Source: an uncultured Methanosarcinales archaeon (GTDB taxonomy: Archaea > Nanobdellota > Nanobdellia > Woesearchaeales > GW2011-AR15). From it: a DNA stretch of 64,000 bases. Shown here piece by piece: positions 47,101 to 57,400 of this stretch; position 1 is the first letter of the stretch; each line of letters opens with the position of its first letter. The stretch spans positions 150,368 through 214,367 of the forward strand of contig CAYRXW010000003.1 of the NCBI GenBank assembly GCA_964428335.1. Reading direction: 5' to 3'. The position numbers and the translations under genes were made by a program. The notes under the pieces are model-generated. The model saw only the letters and a program-made list of their open reading frames with translations, was not told the origin of the DNA and made no database searches.

Positions 47101-48796
47101 AAATTCATGGGATTTTGTAACATTTGTAAAAGAAGGAGATAAAATCAAGGCGTACACAAATGGCAGATTATCATCTGAAGTTTCACTAAATGAGAACTTC
47201 AAGATAATTAATGATGCAAACATAACAATAGGTTCAAGCCCATGTGTAGGCCAGAATGGGATGTATAGATTAAAGGGAATAATGGATGATTTCAGAATAT
47301 ACAAAACAGCCCTTTCAGCAACAGAGGTAAGCAGGCTTTACAATAAAACCTACTCAAACACACAAGTTCCAATACTTCATTACACATTTGATTATGACAG
47401 TTTCGATAGCACTGTTGTAGGTTCTGAAGGAGATGAAAACGGCATCTGTGAGGTTGGTGAAGGGTGCGCATGTGATGATTGCCTAAATAAAAGAGACAGC
47501 TGTACAGCAGGTGCACTTTGTTCAGAGGAAGGATTATGCGGATGTCCAATTGGCACAACCTTATGTAAGGATATGACTTGCAGTAGCGATTGCTCAAAAA
47601 ATCAGGGGATGAAAGCATGTGTTGGGCTTCCAAACGGAAGATGCGAATTATATGAAGGATGTGACTGTGTTGACTGTAAAGGAAGACAGGACAGCTGCAT
47701 GTCAGGGCTTTTATGCGTTGATGATTTTTGTGGAAAACCAGGAAAGCCAGAATGCAAAGTTGGAGAAGCGCTGTGTAAGGATTTGACTTGTGATAAAACT
47801 TGCGAGTTACATGGCGGAAAAATGGGCTGCGATGGACAGGCAAACGGAGTTTGTGAATACCTTGAAGGCTGTGCATGCCCTGATTGCGATGGTAAAAGAG
47901 ACAGCTGCACGGAACTTGGCGTGTGCGAAATTGATAATATGCTTTGTGTATCAAAAGCTCCTGGTGGAACCATATATGAGGAATGTGTTGATACAGATTT
48001 GGACGGTTATTATAAGATAAGTTCACTATGCGAAGGCAGCAATGATTGTAACGACAACGACCCAGAAGTCAATCCAGGCGCAATAGAAATCAAAGGAAAC
48101 CAGAAAGATGATGATTGCGATCTTGAAGTAGATGAGGATTCCTACCAAGGCATAACTATTGAAAGCCTGACAAAAAGGGTGGAACCATTTACAAAGCTCA
48201 CTTTGAATGTCAATGTAGAGAATGAACTTGAAAACGAACTTCAGAATGCCAGGATATCTCTAGCAGGCCCAGGCGGAATCAGGATAATAGAATCAAGCAA
48301 GAGCGTGTCAGTCCCTGCAAAAAGTTCAGAGACAATCACATTTGAACTGTTTATCAAAGATTACAATGAGGATTATGCGGATTTAACCATGGACTTTGTG
48401 TTTGGAGAACTTAGCAAATCCCAGGTATTATCCTTGGATATCGATTCTCCAAATTTCCTTATAGCTGCAGATCCAGAGGACCTTGATGAAAACAAGGAAT
48501 GTGTGGATATATATTATATGTCAAAAGGCAGCGGAAATGCAGATATTGAAATGAATATAATAGATCCAAATGCATTCAGCCAGACTGTCATAGTTGATTA
48601 CATCTCTTCAGCAAGATTGGGAGAAACAGCAGAAATGCTTTCAAATCCATATTGCCTGCCAAATGATAAGGATTATTTAATAAAAGGATACTTATATAAG
48701 TCAGTTCCAGGCAGATTTGTAGATGTGGCTGATTCAAGCGAAAGAGACATGAATCCGGTTGAGGATAGCATGGTTGTAAGTATCAAGGTGAGGTAA
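44153..48796 (+). CDS. Giant Cys-rich secreted adhesin: dockerin-like, LamG, MopE-like metal-binding repeats, C-terminal Ig-like domain
   Basis: Signal peptide; GVIDDIDL/DTNRDNNVNEDD; FDGNDFI..KGIMDDFRIYKTALS (LamG); DCNDNDPEVNPGAIEI..DDDCD. Confidence 0.8.
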   Translation: MKNNLKRTLFVFFGLILLTFFAKLTLAICWGVECPPGSPGCKDDWCDDLYDAECVACDDPAEENQDPPCEPSCGSNECGGNGCGGSCGSCDAEPYTTGCTNGACMFQPATLTASSNTPCIDETAASKKIIVTGTSGYCGDVSIKLPWNANLVPVETTKTFETYNFQKEITIPDDVALANTPFVVEVWGNREAKDSSKDEVDYVPVCYKEILVELNYLNFFYCPDSENLQIAADGRFDYYNETAQYIFDSFTYVKWDECVSSLTVTACSPNPTDCVDNSGTSKSQNSVFNGDTDSETEVCWSKEGIQGAWTDADISPNVCAKITGADWYDCNPSAECDNGVDDVTGTNNLDIDGLCCGDDNSENNLQTKVKYAGNTAFIPNINYNACCDDGFTCATEYGSCIRSGDTYCLEIENYRATCKAEGHIEISQDTRCKSDCQICNINDEEQSFGVIDDIDLNAINSFIENSPGDYDPLYDTNRDNNVNEDDILFCRSMYGEACVTCLRLAEEGRDVCAETDDGIVFGQNKPFRCSPNENNFTVELRNDDYCGEVCDYTFEKAACDVNKCGGCAVDSDCGSDQYCDVSRCSCEPRMCNDDICSDFDCSVCGGTGDCGTCPPPCTKTENNEYTLDDNKDNDCDGLVDEPIFEEEGTYIWESSCNYYVCEFTDSVKKKKAEVTLKGSVSAATKVLSELDDVVARTAIKTSFVSHLNNSDNIDCMLFKSGEVLEYFVNFSGSTNTAQIFLGDTLRNPISNPFSYASPSCALGCSSPGNCQRLSCDPAECLFDCGGYFVDTSTDYCAACQESTVCSNYTDRYSCYYDPCSGAMTNKGCSWNETNKQCSDSFNYCPPGTALCTDGSCSVNCKDSEFQGCVQSVIDYSKIKDKAGTNNGKVVGSEIYEDGRINEGFEFDGNDFISVPDKAIFDLDYFTISFYVNPSDVDIKNEYVSKRLSCGNSNYFDIWGNDSIYLEVNKGSRAYVVKTSRVKENSWDFVTFVKEGDKIKAYTNGRLSSEVSLNENFKIINDANITIGSSPCVGQNGMYRLKGIMDDFRIYKTALSATEVSRLYNKTYSNTQVPILHYTFDYDSFDSTVVGSEGDENGICEVGEGCACDDCLNKRDSCTAGALCSEEGLCGCPIGTTLCKDMTCSSDCSKNQGMKACVGLPNGRCELYEGCDCVDCKGRQDSCMSGLLCVDDFCGKPGKPECKVGEALCKDLTCDKTCELHGGKMGCDGQANGVCEYLEGCACPDCDGKRDSCTELGVCEIDNMLCVSKAPGGTIYEECVDTDLDGYYKISSLCEGSNDCNDNDPEVNPGAIEIKGNQKDDDCDLEVDEDSYQGITIESLTKRVEPFTKLTLNVNVENELENELQNARISLAGPGGIRIIESSKSVSVPAKSSETITFELFIKDYNEDYADLTMDFVFGELSKSQVLSLDIDSPNFLIAADPEDLDENKECVDIYYMSKGSGNADIEMNIIDPNAFSQTVIVDYISSARLGETAEMLSNPYCLPNDKDYLIKGYLYKSVPGRFVDVADSSERDMNPVEDSMVVSIKVR

Positions 48797-49831
48797 ATGA
48801 TAATATTTGGTGTCAATCTTCCATTAGCAGAGATTTTTTTTATATTGGTTATGCTATTCTTGGTTTTTTTAGTGATGATTATTCTGCAGCTTCAGAAGCT
48901 TCAGAAAATGACAGAAGATGAAAAGAAAGACCTTGAAGAGCTGGAAAGAATAGCACAGGATGAGAAAAAAGACCTTGAAGATATTAAAGCATTTGAACAG
49001 AGGGAGTCTCAGGATATATCCAAATTTGAGAAAGACATAATGGATTTGGAAGAAGATACAGACACACTTTACCTGAAAAAACTTGCTCCTGACCTATATA
49101 AAATTCAGAATTATACACTTTGGGCACTTAAAAAAGGCATGGATCCAAAGCAGATCAAGGAAACTTTAATCAGCAAGGGATGGAAAGACAAAAAACTAGT
49201 TGAGATGATTGTTGAAGACACATTAAAATATTCAGGATATTATTCCGGAAGAAAAGGAGATGTGCAGATACCGGATATAAAGATTGAAGAAGAGAAAAAA
49301 GTGATTGAAAAACCTATAAATATAGTTAAGGTTGTCCAGCCTGAAGCTCAAAAAGAAGAGAAAAAGGAAACAACTACCAAGGTTCTTCTTTTAAAAGAGC
49401 CAAAAGAAGAGAAGCCAATTGCACAAAAGAAGAGTGTAAAACCAAAAAAACTGAAATTAAAGCCAGTTAAGAAGGAAATTAAACCTGTTAAGCTTAAAAA
49501 AGCAGTTACAGCAAAACTTCCTGAAGATAGCTTTGGTGCAATAGAAAAAGAGCTGACAAAGCTTGAAAAAGACTTGAAGTCAAAGGAAAAGAAAACAGAA
49601 GAGAAAAAAACAAGTCCAAAGAAGCAGGATAAAAAGCCGGAAGCTAAAAAAGCACAAGTGAAAAAGCCTGAAACTAAAAAAGTAGCAACTGTTCCAAAAA
49701 AAGAGCAGAAAGCTTCAAAATCGAGCAGCTCAAAGAAAGCTCCAGATAAAAAATCTGGGAAAAAAGGAAAAGAGGATACAGTCCATATTGAAGCTAAAAA
49801 AGGAACAGAGGTAAAGGTTACTTATAAATAA
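48797..49831 (+). CDS. Membrane-anchored coiled-coil protein with Lys-rich tail
   Basis: N-terminal TM, acidic coiled coil, KGMDPKQIK..L..KGW motif, Lys/Pro-rich C terminus. Confidence 0.75.
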   Translation: MIIFGVNLPLAEIFFILVMLFLVFLVMIILQLQKLQKMTEDEKKDLEELERIAQDEKKDLEDIKAFEQRESQDISKFEKDIMDLEEDTDTLYLKKLAPDLYKIQNYTLWALKKGMDPKQIKETLISKGWKDKKLVEMIVEDTLKYSGYYSGRKGDVQIPDIKIEEEKKVIEKPINIVKVVQPEAQKEEKKETTTKVLLLKEPKEEKPIAQKKSVKPKKLKLKPVKKEIKPVKLKKAVTAKLPEDSFGAIEKELTKLEKDLKSKEKKTEEKKTSPKKQDKKPEAKKAQVKKPETKKVATVPKKEQKASKSSSSKKAPDKKSGKKGKEDTVHIEAKKGTEVKVTYK

Positions 49832-49889
49832 TGTTTAAGGAGGACAGGATAGTTTTATAAATACCTATAAAATCCAAAAGGTAGTAAAA

Positions 49890-50288
49890 ATGGCAGGAAC
49901 AAAACAAGTAAGCGTAAGTAGTCTGAAGAAAGGAAGTTATGTCTGCATTGAAGATGCAGCATGCATCGTCAAGGATATCCAGGTATCAAGGCCTGGAAAA
50001 CATGGACATGCAAAGATTAGGGTCAGTGCTACAGGAATTATGGACGGCAGAAGAAGAGAGACAGTCATGCCAGGACACGATAACATCGACGTTCCTATAA
50101 TTGACAAGCTTAATGCGCAGGTGCTTTCTGTTTCCGGAGACACTGCAAATTTGATGGACATGGAATCATATGTCACATTTGATCTGAAAATACCTGAGGA
50201 ATTAAAGGACACAGTAAAAGATGGAGCTACAATAGTCTACTGGGATATTTTGGGAGAAAAAGTAATGAAACAGTTAAAAGGAGAGTAA
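49890..50288 (+). CDS. eif5a: Translation factor aIF-5A
   Basis: SRPGKHGHAK hypusine loop. Confidence 0.95.
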   Translation: MAGTKQVSVSSLKKGSYVCIEDAACIVKDIQVSRPGKHGHAKIRVSATGIMDGRRRETVMPGHDNIDVPIIDKLNAQVLSVSGDTANLMDMESYVTFDLKIPEELKDTVKDGATIVYWDILGEKVMKQLKGE

Positions 50289-50292
50289 AAAC

Positions 50293-50454
50293 ATGGTTAA
50301 GTTCCCAGAAGCAGATGCAAGGATAATGAAGGGTGTGTTTTGTTGCAGAGGATGCAAGTCAAAAACAAGGACATCAAACCTAAAGGTACTTGCAGGAAAA
50401 GTCACATGCAAAAAATGTGGCGGGCACAATTTTAGGCCACTTAGGAAGAAATGA
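50293..50454 (+). CDS. rpl40e: 50S ribosomal protein L40e (not in ORF track)
   Basis: MVKFPEADARI...CRGCKSK...CKKCG..NFRPLRKK, 53 aa. Confidence 0.9.
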   Translation: MVKFPEADARIMKGVFCCRGCKSKTRTSNLKVLAGKVTCKKCGGHNFRPLRKK

Positions 50455-51629
50455 TGAGTTTTTTTTCTGAATATTTTAGTGTTATTCTATTTTATAGTGC
50501 TATAGTCTTGCTTGTTTATGTCAACAGGAACAGGTTTGAAAAGCAGGCAGCGTTCATGTATCTGTATAAGACCAAATTTGGCCTTAAGTTCATGGACAAT
50601 TCTGGCAAAAAGTTTGGTAGCATAATAAGATTTTTAGGATATGTTGGCATAATAGTTGCATATGCAGGCTTTTTTTTAGTCACTTATGCACTTTTAAACA
50701 ATGCTTATGACCTTATCATCAATAAGCCTGGAGCAGTAGGCGGTTCTCCGGTCATTCCAGGTCTTCCTATAGCAGGGTTAGGCATAAGATTTCCACTAAT
50801 TATAGGCTGGATTAGCCTTTTTATAATCATGATTGTGCACGAATTTGCGCATGGGATGGTTGCCAGGGCACATAATGTGAAAGTAAAGAGTTCAGGGATA
50901 GCTTTCTTTGGGCCAATTTTAGGGGCTTTTGTGGAGCCAGATGAAAAAGAGATATCAAAAAAATCACATAAGGTGCAGCATTCAATATTTGCAGCAGGGC
51001 CTTTTTCAAATGTCTTGCTGTGGCTGGTTTGCCTGGGGTTATTGTTCATGACAGTGCCATTCACAAACACTTTCACTCTAAGCCAGGGTGTAAAAATAGG
51101 GGTTATGCAGGAGAATCTTCCAGCATTTGAAGCAGGAATTAAAGAAGGAGCTGTAATTACAGGAATTAATAATGACATAATTACAAATATCTCCTCACTT
51201 GAAAAAGCATTGCAGAAGATTAAACCAGGAGAAGAACTGGTTTTAAAAACAAGAAATGAGACATATGAATTAAGAGCAGCAAAAAACCCGAACAACGAAA
51301 CAAGAGCTTACTTAGGAATATGGCTATATGGAGAAGAAAAGAAATTAAAGGATGAGAGCAAGAATTGGCAATATAAGATTATGCTTTGGATAATAGAACT
51401 TCTGACATGGACAGGGTTCATCAGCATAAACATAGGTCTAATCAACTTATTCCCAATATTTATTACTGATGGTGCAAGGATGCTAAAACTTAATTTTGAC
51501 TATCTTTTCAAGAAAAAAGGGTTTGAATACTGGAAAACCGTTAACATGGTATCACTTTTTATAATACTTATAATCATCTTCCTTCCTCTGTTGAGATCAG
51601 TCCTGTCATCATTAGTTTCATTGTTCTAA
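50451..51629 (+). CDS. Site-2 protease (M50) with PDZ domain
   Basis: VHEFAHG, GAFVEPD, AAGPFSN, NLFPIFITDG. Confidence 0.92.
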   Translation: MMSFFSEYFSVILFYSAIVLLVYVNRNRFEKQAAFMYLYKTKFGLKFMDNSGKKFGSIIRFLGYVGIIVAYAGFFLVTYALLNNAYDLIINKPGAVGGSPVIPGLPIAGLGIRFPLIIGWISLFIIMIVHEFAHGMVARAHNVKVKSSGIAFFGPILGAFVEPDEKEISKKSHKVQHSIFAAGPFSNVLLWLVCLGLLFMTVPFTNTFTLSQGVKIGVMQENLPAFEAGIKEGAVITGINNDIITNISSLEKALQKIKPGEELVLKTRNETYELRAAKNPNNETRAYLGIWLYGEEKKLKDESKNWQYKIMLWIIELLTWTGFISINIGLINLFPIFITDGARMLKLNFDYLFKKKGFEYWKTVNMVSLFIILIIIFLPLLRSVLSSLVSLF

Positions 51630-51674
51630 TTTTTTGGATACTAATTTAAATAAAACAACATATACCAGGTACCA

Positions 51675-52358
51675 ATGATTTCCGTAGTTTTGCTAAGGCC
51701 ACAAAATGCTGAAAACCTGGGATTTATCTCTAGAGCCATGGCAAATTTCGATTTTGAAAACCTTGTCTTAGTTAATCCAACATGCAGCAATCTTTCAGAC
51801 CAGGCTATGAGAACAGCAATGCATTCCAAAGAAATACTGAAAAAAGCAAAAGTAAGGAAAAAGCTTCCTAACTATGACCTTGTAGTTGGCACAACTTCAG
51901 CTTTAGGAACAGACTATAATATACCTAGAGTGCCTATGACAGCAGAGGAATTTGCAAAAAAATATGATGCTAACCAAAATGTTGCACTTGTATTTGGAAA
52001 TGAGGGCACAGGGCTTACTAATAAGGAACTGGCACTTTGTGATTTCATAATAACAATACCAACATCAAAAAAATACCCGGCAATGAACCTAAGCCATGCA
52101 GTGTCACTTGTCCTTTATGAGATATATAAAAAACATGGAAAAAATAAGATTGGAGAAAACATAAAGAAAGCAACAAAGATTGAAAAGCAGATAATCCTTG
52201 GGCTTCTTAATGATATAATTGATAACACCGAATTTTCAACAAAAGAAAAAAGGGAAACCCAAAAGATAGTATGGAAAAAGATAATTGAAAAATCAATGCT
52301 GTCTAAAAGAGAAGCTTTTGCAGTGCTTGGCCTTTTAAGGAAGCTTAACAGGACTTAA
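51675..52358 (+). CDS. trmJ: tRNA methyltransferase, TrmJ/SpoU family
   Basis: ENLGFISRAMANF, LVFGNEGTGL, YPAMNLSHAV. Confidence 0.88.
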   Translation: MISVVLLRPQNAENLGFISRAMANFDFENLVLVNPTCSNLSDQAMRTAMHSKEILKKAKVRKKLPNYDLVVGTTSALGTDYNIPRVPMTAEEFAKKYDANQNVALVFGNEGTGLTNKELALCDFIITIPTSKKYPAMNLSHAVSLVLYEIYKKHGKNKIGENIKKATKIEKQIILGLLNDIIDNTEFSTKEKRETQKIVWKKIIEKSMLSKREAFAVLGLLRKLNRT

Positions 52359-52977
52359 TGCTGCTGAAAGATATCATCTTATCTTTGCAAACGTACTTTT
52401 TTCCTCCTTCAACAATACCAGGAGTCAATTCAACAGCATATATTTCACCAATTCCATAGTCAACCACGTTTGTTGAAACATCTTCAGGAAGCAGGTTCAA
52501 ATTTTCTATAGTTTCTTCAAAATCCTTCTTTAGGATGCCTGTATCAGTGCCAACTACTTTAACTTTGACAAAATTGATATTGCTTTCCCCGCTATTTTTT
52601 ACTATCATCTGTATCTTTGAATTATCAGGGAATGAGCAGATTATTTTTTCACCATTTAATTCATGGACATCTAATTTAACTTCATCGCAGCCAGCACTGA
52701 TTGATGGCATCTGCAGCTTTAATATCAAAACTACAAGAACACATAAGACAAGGATATGGACCCAGATAGGAATCTTTCTTTTCTTAACTGCTTTTTTTTC
52801 CTGCAATTTTGGCTGGTTCGGAACAGGAGGAACAATAGGCGTGGCTATCTGCTTGAATGCTTCAGTTACCATCTCATCACTGTATCCGTTAGCAAGCAGA
52901 TGCTCTTTTATATCGCTGTCTTTAAATCCCTGTGCCCTTACCTGCTTAATGTAATTAACCAGTTCTTCACTTGCCAT
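52345..52977 (-). CDS. Membrane protein with N-terminal small helical domain
   Basis: LVNYIK...QGF....IK..L...GY; central TM; C-terminal Ig-like part. Confidence 0.7.
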   Translation of the reverse strand: MASEELVNYIKQVRAQGFKDSDIKEHLLANGYSDEMVTEAFKQIATPIVPPVPNQPKLQEKKAVKKRKIPIWVHILVLCVLVVLILKLQMPSISAGCDEVKLDVHELNGEKIICSFPDNSKIQMIVKNSGESNINFVKVKVVGTDTGILKKDFEETIENLNLLPEDVSTNVVDYGIGEIYAVELTPGIVEGGKKYVCKDKMISFSSIKSC

Positions 52978-53269
52978 TTTGTACTAATATCCCTTTAGGA
53001 GAGGCGTTCTTCCCAAGCCTGTAATATATTTTTTCAGCTGTCTCTCCCCAGGAATATTCCCCTTTTTCCTTTTCTATTTTTTCTATCTCAAATTCAGCAG
53101 TGTCAAGGCCTTTTTTCAGATGATAATAGATTGATCTAAGTGTGACTTTTGGAAATTTTTCAACATAAGTCTTATAGATATCATAACCGTAAGCATTGCC
53201 AAGAGTAAAGAGAATTTCAACCATATTCTGTCTGATAACTGAATTTATAGGTCTTCCTCTCTTTCCCAT
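52967..53269 (-). CDS. PadR-like winged-helix protein
   Basis: RGRP..IRQNMVEIL..YGYDIY..TLRSIYYHLKKG..KIYY. Confidence 0.7.
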   Translation of the reverse strand: MGKRGRPINSVIRQNMVEILFTLGNAYGYDIYKTYVEKFPKVTLRSIYYHLKKGLDTAEFEIEKIEKEKGEYSWGETAEKIYYRLGKNASPKGILVQNGK

Positions 53270-53345
53270 AATGCTTTTTTATACCAGCCTGTTTAAATAT
53301 TTTGCTTTATAGAAAAGAATCTTTTCTAATAATCTGGCTTTTGCC

Positions 53346-53480
53346 TGATATATTGAAAATAATTATATTATTTTCAAAGAGTTAAGATAAACTTTAACCT
53401 ATTGAAATTAATTTCATTATTTTCAAATAATCAAGCAAAAAATACTTTGATATATTGAAAATGATTCTCTTTTTTTCATA
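53346..53480. repeat. AT-rich array of TTGAAA-Nn-TTTCA palindromes
   Basis: TTGAAAATAAT-TAT-ATTATTTTCAA (53353-77), similar sites near 53402 and 53455; TGATATATTGAAAAT twice. Confidence 0.65.
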
Positions 53481-53527
53481 CAAAAATCAATAAATCTATT
53501 AATACGGATTTTCCCATATACCTTAAA

Positions 53528-54451
53528 ATGAAAATCATCCTTCAATTATCAAAAGAAAACCTAAGCCTAGCAATAGACGAAGCAATAGCATTAACAAAAA
53601 AAAAATATGCGCTATACGAGAATTTTCTTATAACTTCATACCTTAAAAACATGGAAAAAAGGCTTGGCTTTTCACATAACCTATATGAATTCCTATTTGC
53701 GTGCAAGCGTGTTGAACTAGACCAAAAAATAGGCCTTTTTGACTGGCAGAGAAAATATGCTACTAATTTTTCAGCAAGGGCACATGGTCTTGATGAAAAA
53801 GAGATAGCTAAAAAAGTATTCAAGAAGCTTAAGAATCCTACAGTTAAGCTTAGGAATTCAGATTCAGAATTTCATTTTTTCCTTATAGATGATAATGTAA
53901 TATGCGGAAAATTCCTCTATGAAGTAGATAAAACCCACCTAAAGCGAAAAGCTCACCTTAGGCCCAGCCTTCATCCAACTTCAATGAACCCGGCTTTGGC
54001 AAAAGCATGCATAAACCTTACAGGGCTAAAAAAAGGCAGCATATTGGATCCATTCTGCGGTTCAGGAGGCATACTCATTGAAGCAGCAATAATGGGATTT
54101 AATGCTATTGGGTATGATATAGATGAGATGCAAATCAAAAGGGCAGGAAAAAACCTTGAATATTACCAAGCAAAGGCGGAACTTCAGACTGTTGATGCAT
54201 TAACTTCTAAAGTAAAAGTAAATGCAATAGTTACAGATATTCCCTATGGAAAAAGCTCTAAAGCAGGGAATGTAAGCACTCTTGCAAATAAATTCTTAGC
54301 CCATGCAAAGAACCTTACAGACAATATGGTCATTATCTACCCGGATTTTATTAACCCAGATTTTTATGGGTGGAAAGTTGAAAAAGAATATTCAGTATAT
54401 ATCCACAAGTCTTTGACAAGAAAGATTGCTAAGCTTCATTCTGTTCATTAA
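53528..54451 (+). CDS. tRNA m2G10 methyltransferase (Trm11/TrmG10-like)
   Basis: RP.LHPTSM.P.LA, LDPFCGSGG, VTDIPYG. Confidence 0.85.
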   Translation: MKIILQLSKENLSLAIDEAIALTKKKYALYENFLITSYLKNMEKRLGFSHNLYEFLFACKRVELDQKIGLFDWQRKYATNFSARAHGLDEKEIAKKVFKKLKNPTVKLRNSDSEFHFFLIDDNVICGKFLYEVDKTHLKRKAHLRPSLHPTSMNPALAKACINLTGLKKGSILDPFCGSGGILIEAAIMGFNAIGYDIDEMQIKRAGKNLEYYQAKAELQTVDALTSKVKVNAIVTDIPYGKSSKAGNVSTLANKFLAHAKNLTDNMVIIYPDFINPDFYGWKVEKEYSVYIHKSLTRKIAKLHSVH

Positions 54452-57400
54452 TCCTCTTTGCTCTTATTGTAATAAACACTGCAAAAATAGCTAGTACAAT
54501 GAAGCTTATTAAAATCGGCCTGAAGTAAGGTATTTCGCTTATCTTTATTGCCCATGCAAGCGGGCTGTCATTTTTTAGCTTGCTCTTGCTTACCAGGTTC
54601 TTGCAGCCCTGGATGACTGAGTCAATAATAATCTGTGCTTCTTCATAGTTCCCTTGTTCTGTATGCTCAAGGGCTTTTTTAAGATATTCATTAAGTTCCA
54701 TGCATTCGGGATTACTGCTAAGTAAATCTTTTGCAAAAGTTATTTTTGTCTGCGTTAATGTGTCATCTCCCTTGCTTTTTTCTAGTGCATTAATGTATAT
54801 CACAGCCTTATCCTTATAAAATGGAGAAGTAACATTTGCATAAATGGTTATCACATAATTATTATAAAGCCTGTAGTCTTTTACTATTAAATCAACTTTT
54901 TCTTCAGAATTTGGCTCAAGATTCGCTAAGAAAACATTGGAAAAAGTTATGTCTGCTGTTGATGAGTTTGTCAGGGCAGAAAGCTTTATTCCATGTAAAG
55001 TCTTATTTCCGCTGTTTAATATCACAATTTTTTGCCTTAATGTATTATTATTGTATATAACAGCTGGTTCAGGGTTTAATATGTCTAAAAATACTTCTTT
55101 TTCCACTTCAACCTGCTCAAATACAGGATATGGGACTGATTTTTTCCTGGTCCTTGTACTGGATGACTGAGGAGTATCAGATTCAGGAATTTCAGTAACA
55201 TTAATTGTGACGTTATTACTTATCTTTGTATCTGTTCCATCATCTGCTGTGAAAATAACAGTTTCAGAGCCAACTGCAAGAGGCGTAAATATGACATCAT
55301 TTCCATCATACTCAATGTCGACTTTTGTTGTTTCTGTATTTGTATATGTCAGTGTGTCATTATCTGGATCATTAAACCTGACATTTCCAGATCCACCAGT
55401 CAGATAATTTGTCCACCTGAATGCCTGTGTTATATTTGTGACGTTTGGAAGGCTACTATTTAGTAATGGAATTCTGTTCTTATTATGTATTGTTAGATAC
55501 CATGTAAAATTAATATCATGTGCCATAAGTCCAGATACATTATCATAAACAATTAAGACAACAGTATATGTCCCGTTTTCAGCAAATCCAAAATACCTTG
55601 AATAGTTTCTTGAGCTACTGACAATGCTTCCATCTAATGTCCAATTATATTCAAGCTGGTCTCCATCTGGGTCATATGTCTCATGCGCAAAATATATTGT
55701 AGTGTTTTCAGTTGTATTTGTATATGTATAATTTTCTCCAATTGAAGATACTAAAACAAAACTGGTATTTATTGGCCTGTCATAAGGTGTAATATTCTGA
55801 ATTATCGGAGCATATGTCCTATTGATTATTGTTATATTAAATAGCACAGAATCAGTAAGCCCATACAAGTCTCTTACTGTTACATTAATTCTATATTCTC
55901 CGTCTGCAGTAGAATTTGGTGTAAATGATATAATTCCATTTGCAGATATGTTGAAAAGAGCTGCTGAGCCAATAAACCTTGAAGTGAATGTCTTATTATC
56001 ATTTTCAAAACATGTGGTATCAGGGTCAGTAGTCTGGCTGCCGATATCAAGATAGTACAAATAGCTTTCAATTATTGTTGAATTTAGAACATTTGGAAGA
56101 ATAGGGGCATCAGCAGTATTTTGTATTTCAAGAGTAAATATGCTTGAATTCTCCCCGCCATTTGTATCGTTTATCCTTATGTATACTGAATAATTTCCAT
56201 CTATTGAGCAGTTTGGTGTGAAATTTATAAGGCCTGAACTTGATATTACAAAAAATGATGAATTATCTATAAATGTATCAAAAGCTCCATCTGGGTCTGT
56301 TGCATTTATCTTATATGTGAAAAGAGAGTCTTCATATGCAGTTTGATTTTGTGGAACTTGGTTAAAATAAGGTGGATAGTTTTGAAGTATAGTAATATTA
56401 AATATTTCAGTATCAGTTTTTCCACCATCATCTGTAACAGTGATTAGATAATAATAATTTCCAGTGAAACTTGAATTAGGCATGAACGTAACTGTTCCTG
56501 TAGATGAATTTATTGAAAGGTGCGGACAGTTAGCTAAACAATTACTTGAATTTGTAGCGTAGGACAATGATTCACTAAAATTCACCAAAGAATCCATGTC
56601 AGTTGCATTAATTCTGTATACAAACCTTATATCTGTATAAGCTGTAAGATTATTTATTTTCTTGTTATCTAGGTAGTTACCAGAATATAGGCTGTTTCTA
56701 TGTATTAAAGGATTATCATTCCTATTGCTTAAATTAAGATACACATTTTGACTAACTGTAACTTTTGTATCTGTTATATAAACTGTAAAATTAGCGCAAT
56801 ATATATGAGTATTATTTAAAGTTACATTGATTAAAGCTGTTGCATTTTCATTCCCATGCTCAATTGTTGTTAAGTTCCATATATTTAATCCACAATCTTC
56901 AGTTATGCTGAAATTTATCTGATCTGGATCTACATCGCTCGCATTAATCCTTAATGTAAACCTTTGGTTCTGCACACCTGATTTATTAGGAATTACCTCT
57001 ATTTCAGGAGCATGATTTATTGATATGACTTCCAAATTAAATGAATCAGAAACACAAAGAGCATTATCTTCAGGATCACAAGCAGTAATAGTAACAGTAT
57101 GATTTCCTTCATCAGTATAATTAGCTTTTCTGTTATCAAAAAACTGAATTGTAAAAATATACTCGTTAGCAGTTGTGTTTTCAATCCTTTCAGGATTATA
57201 TGATGAATTTACAGAAAACAAGAAAGGCCCTGTTGAATTTTCTTCATCACCAACAGTTATTATATATTGCAAAGTTTCGTTTTCTTCAACTGACTGGTTT
57301 GCAATTGATGTAATAAAATAAGGAACGTCATTTACAGGTGTTACATTAAACTCAATTGACATTCCAACAATATTTGTTCCGTCTCTGACTAGAAAATCAT

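Noticed and set aside
47292..48026. 244-aa minus-strand ORF, and the many other antisense ORFs in the track
   Set aside because: Shadows of well-supported genes on the opposite strand
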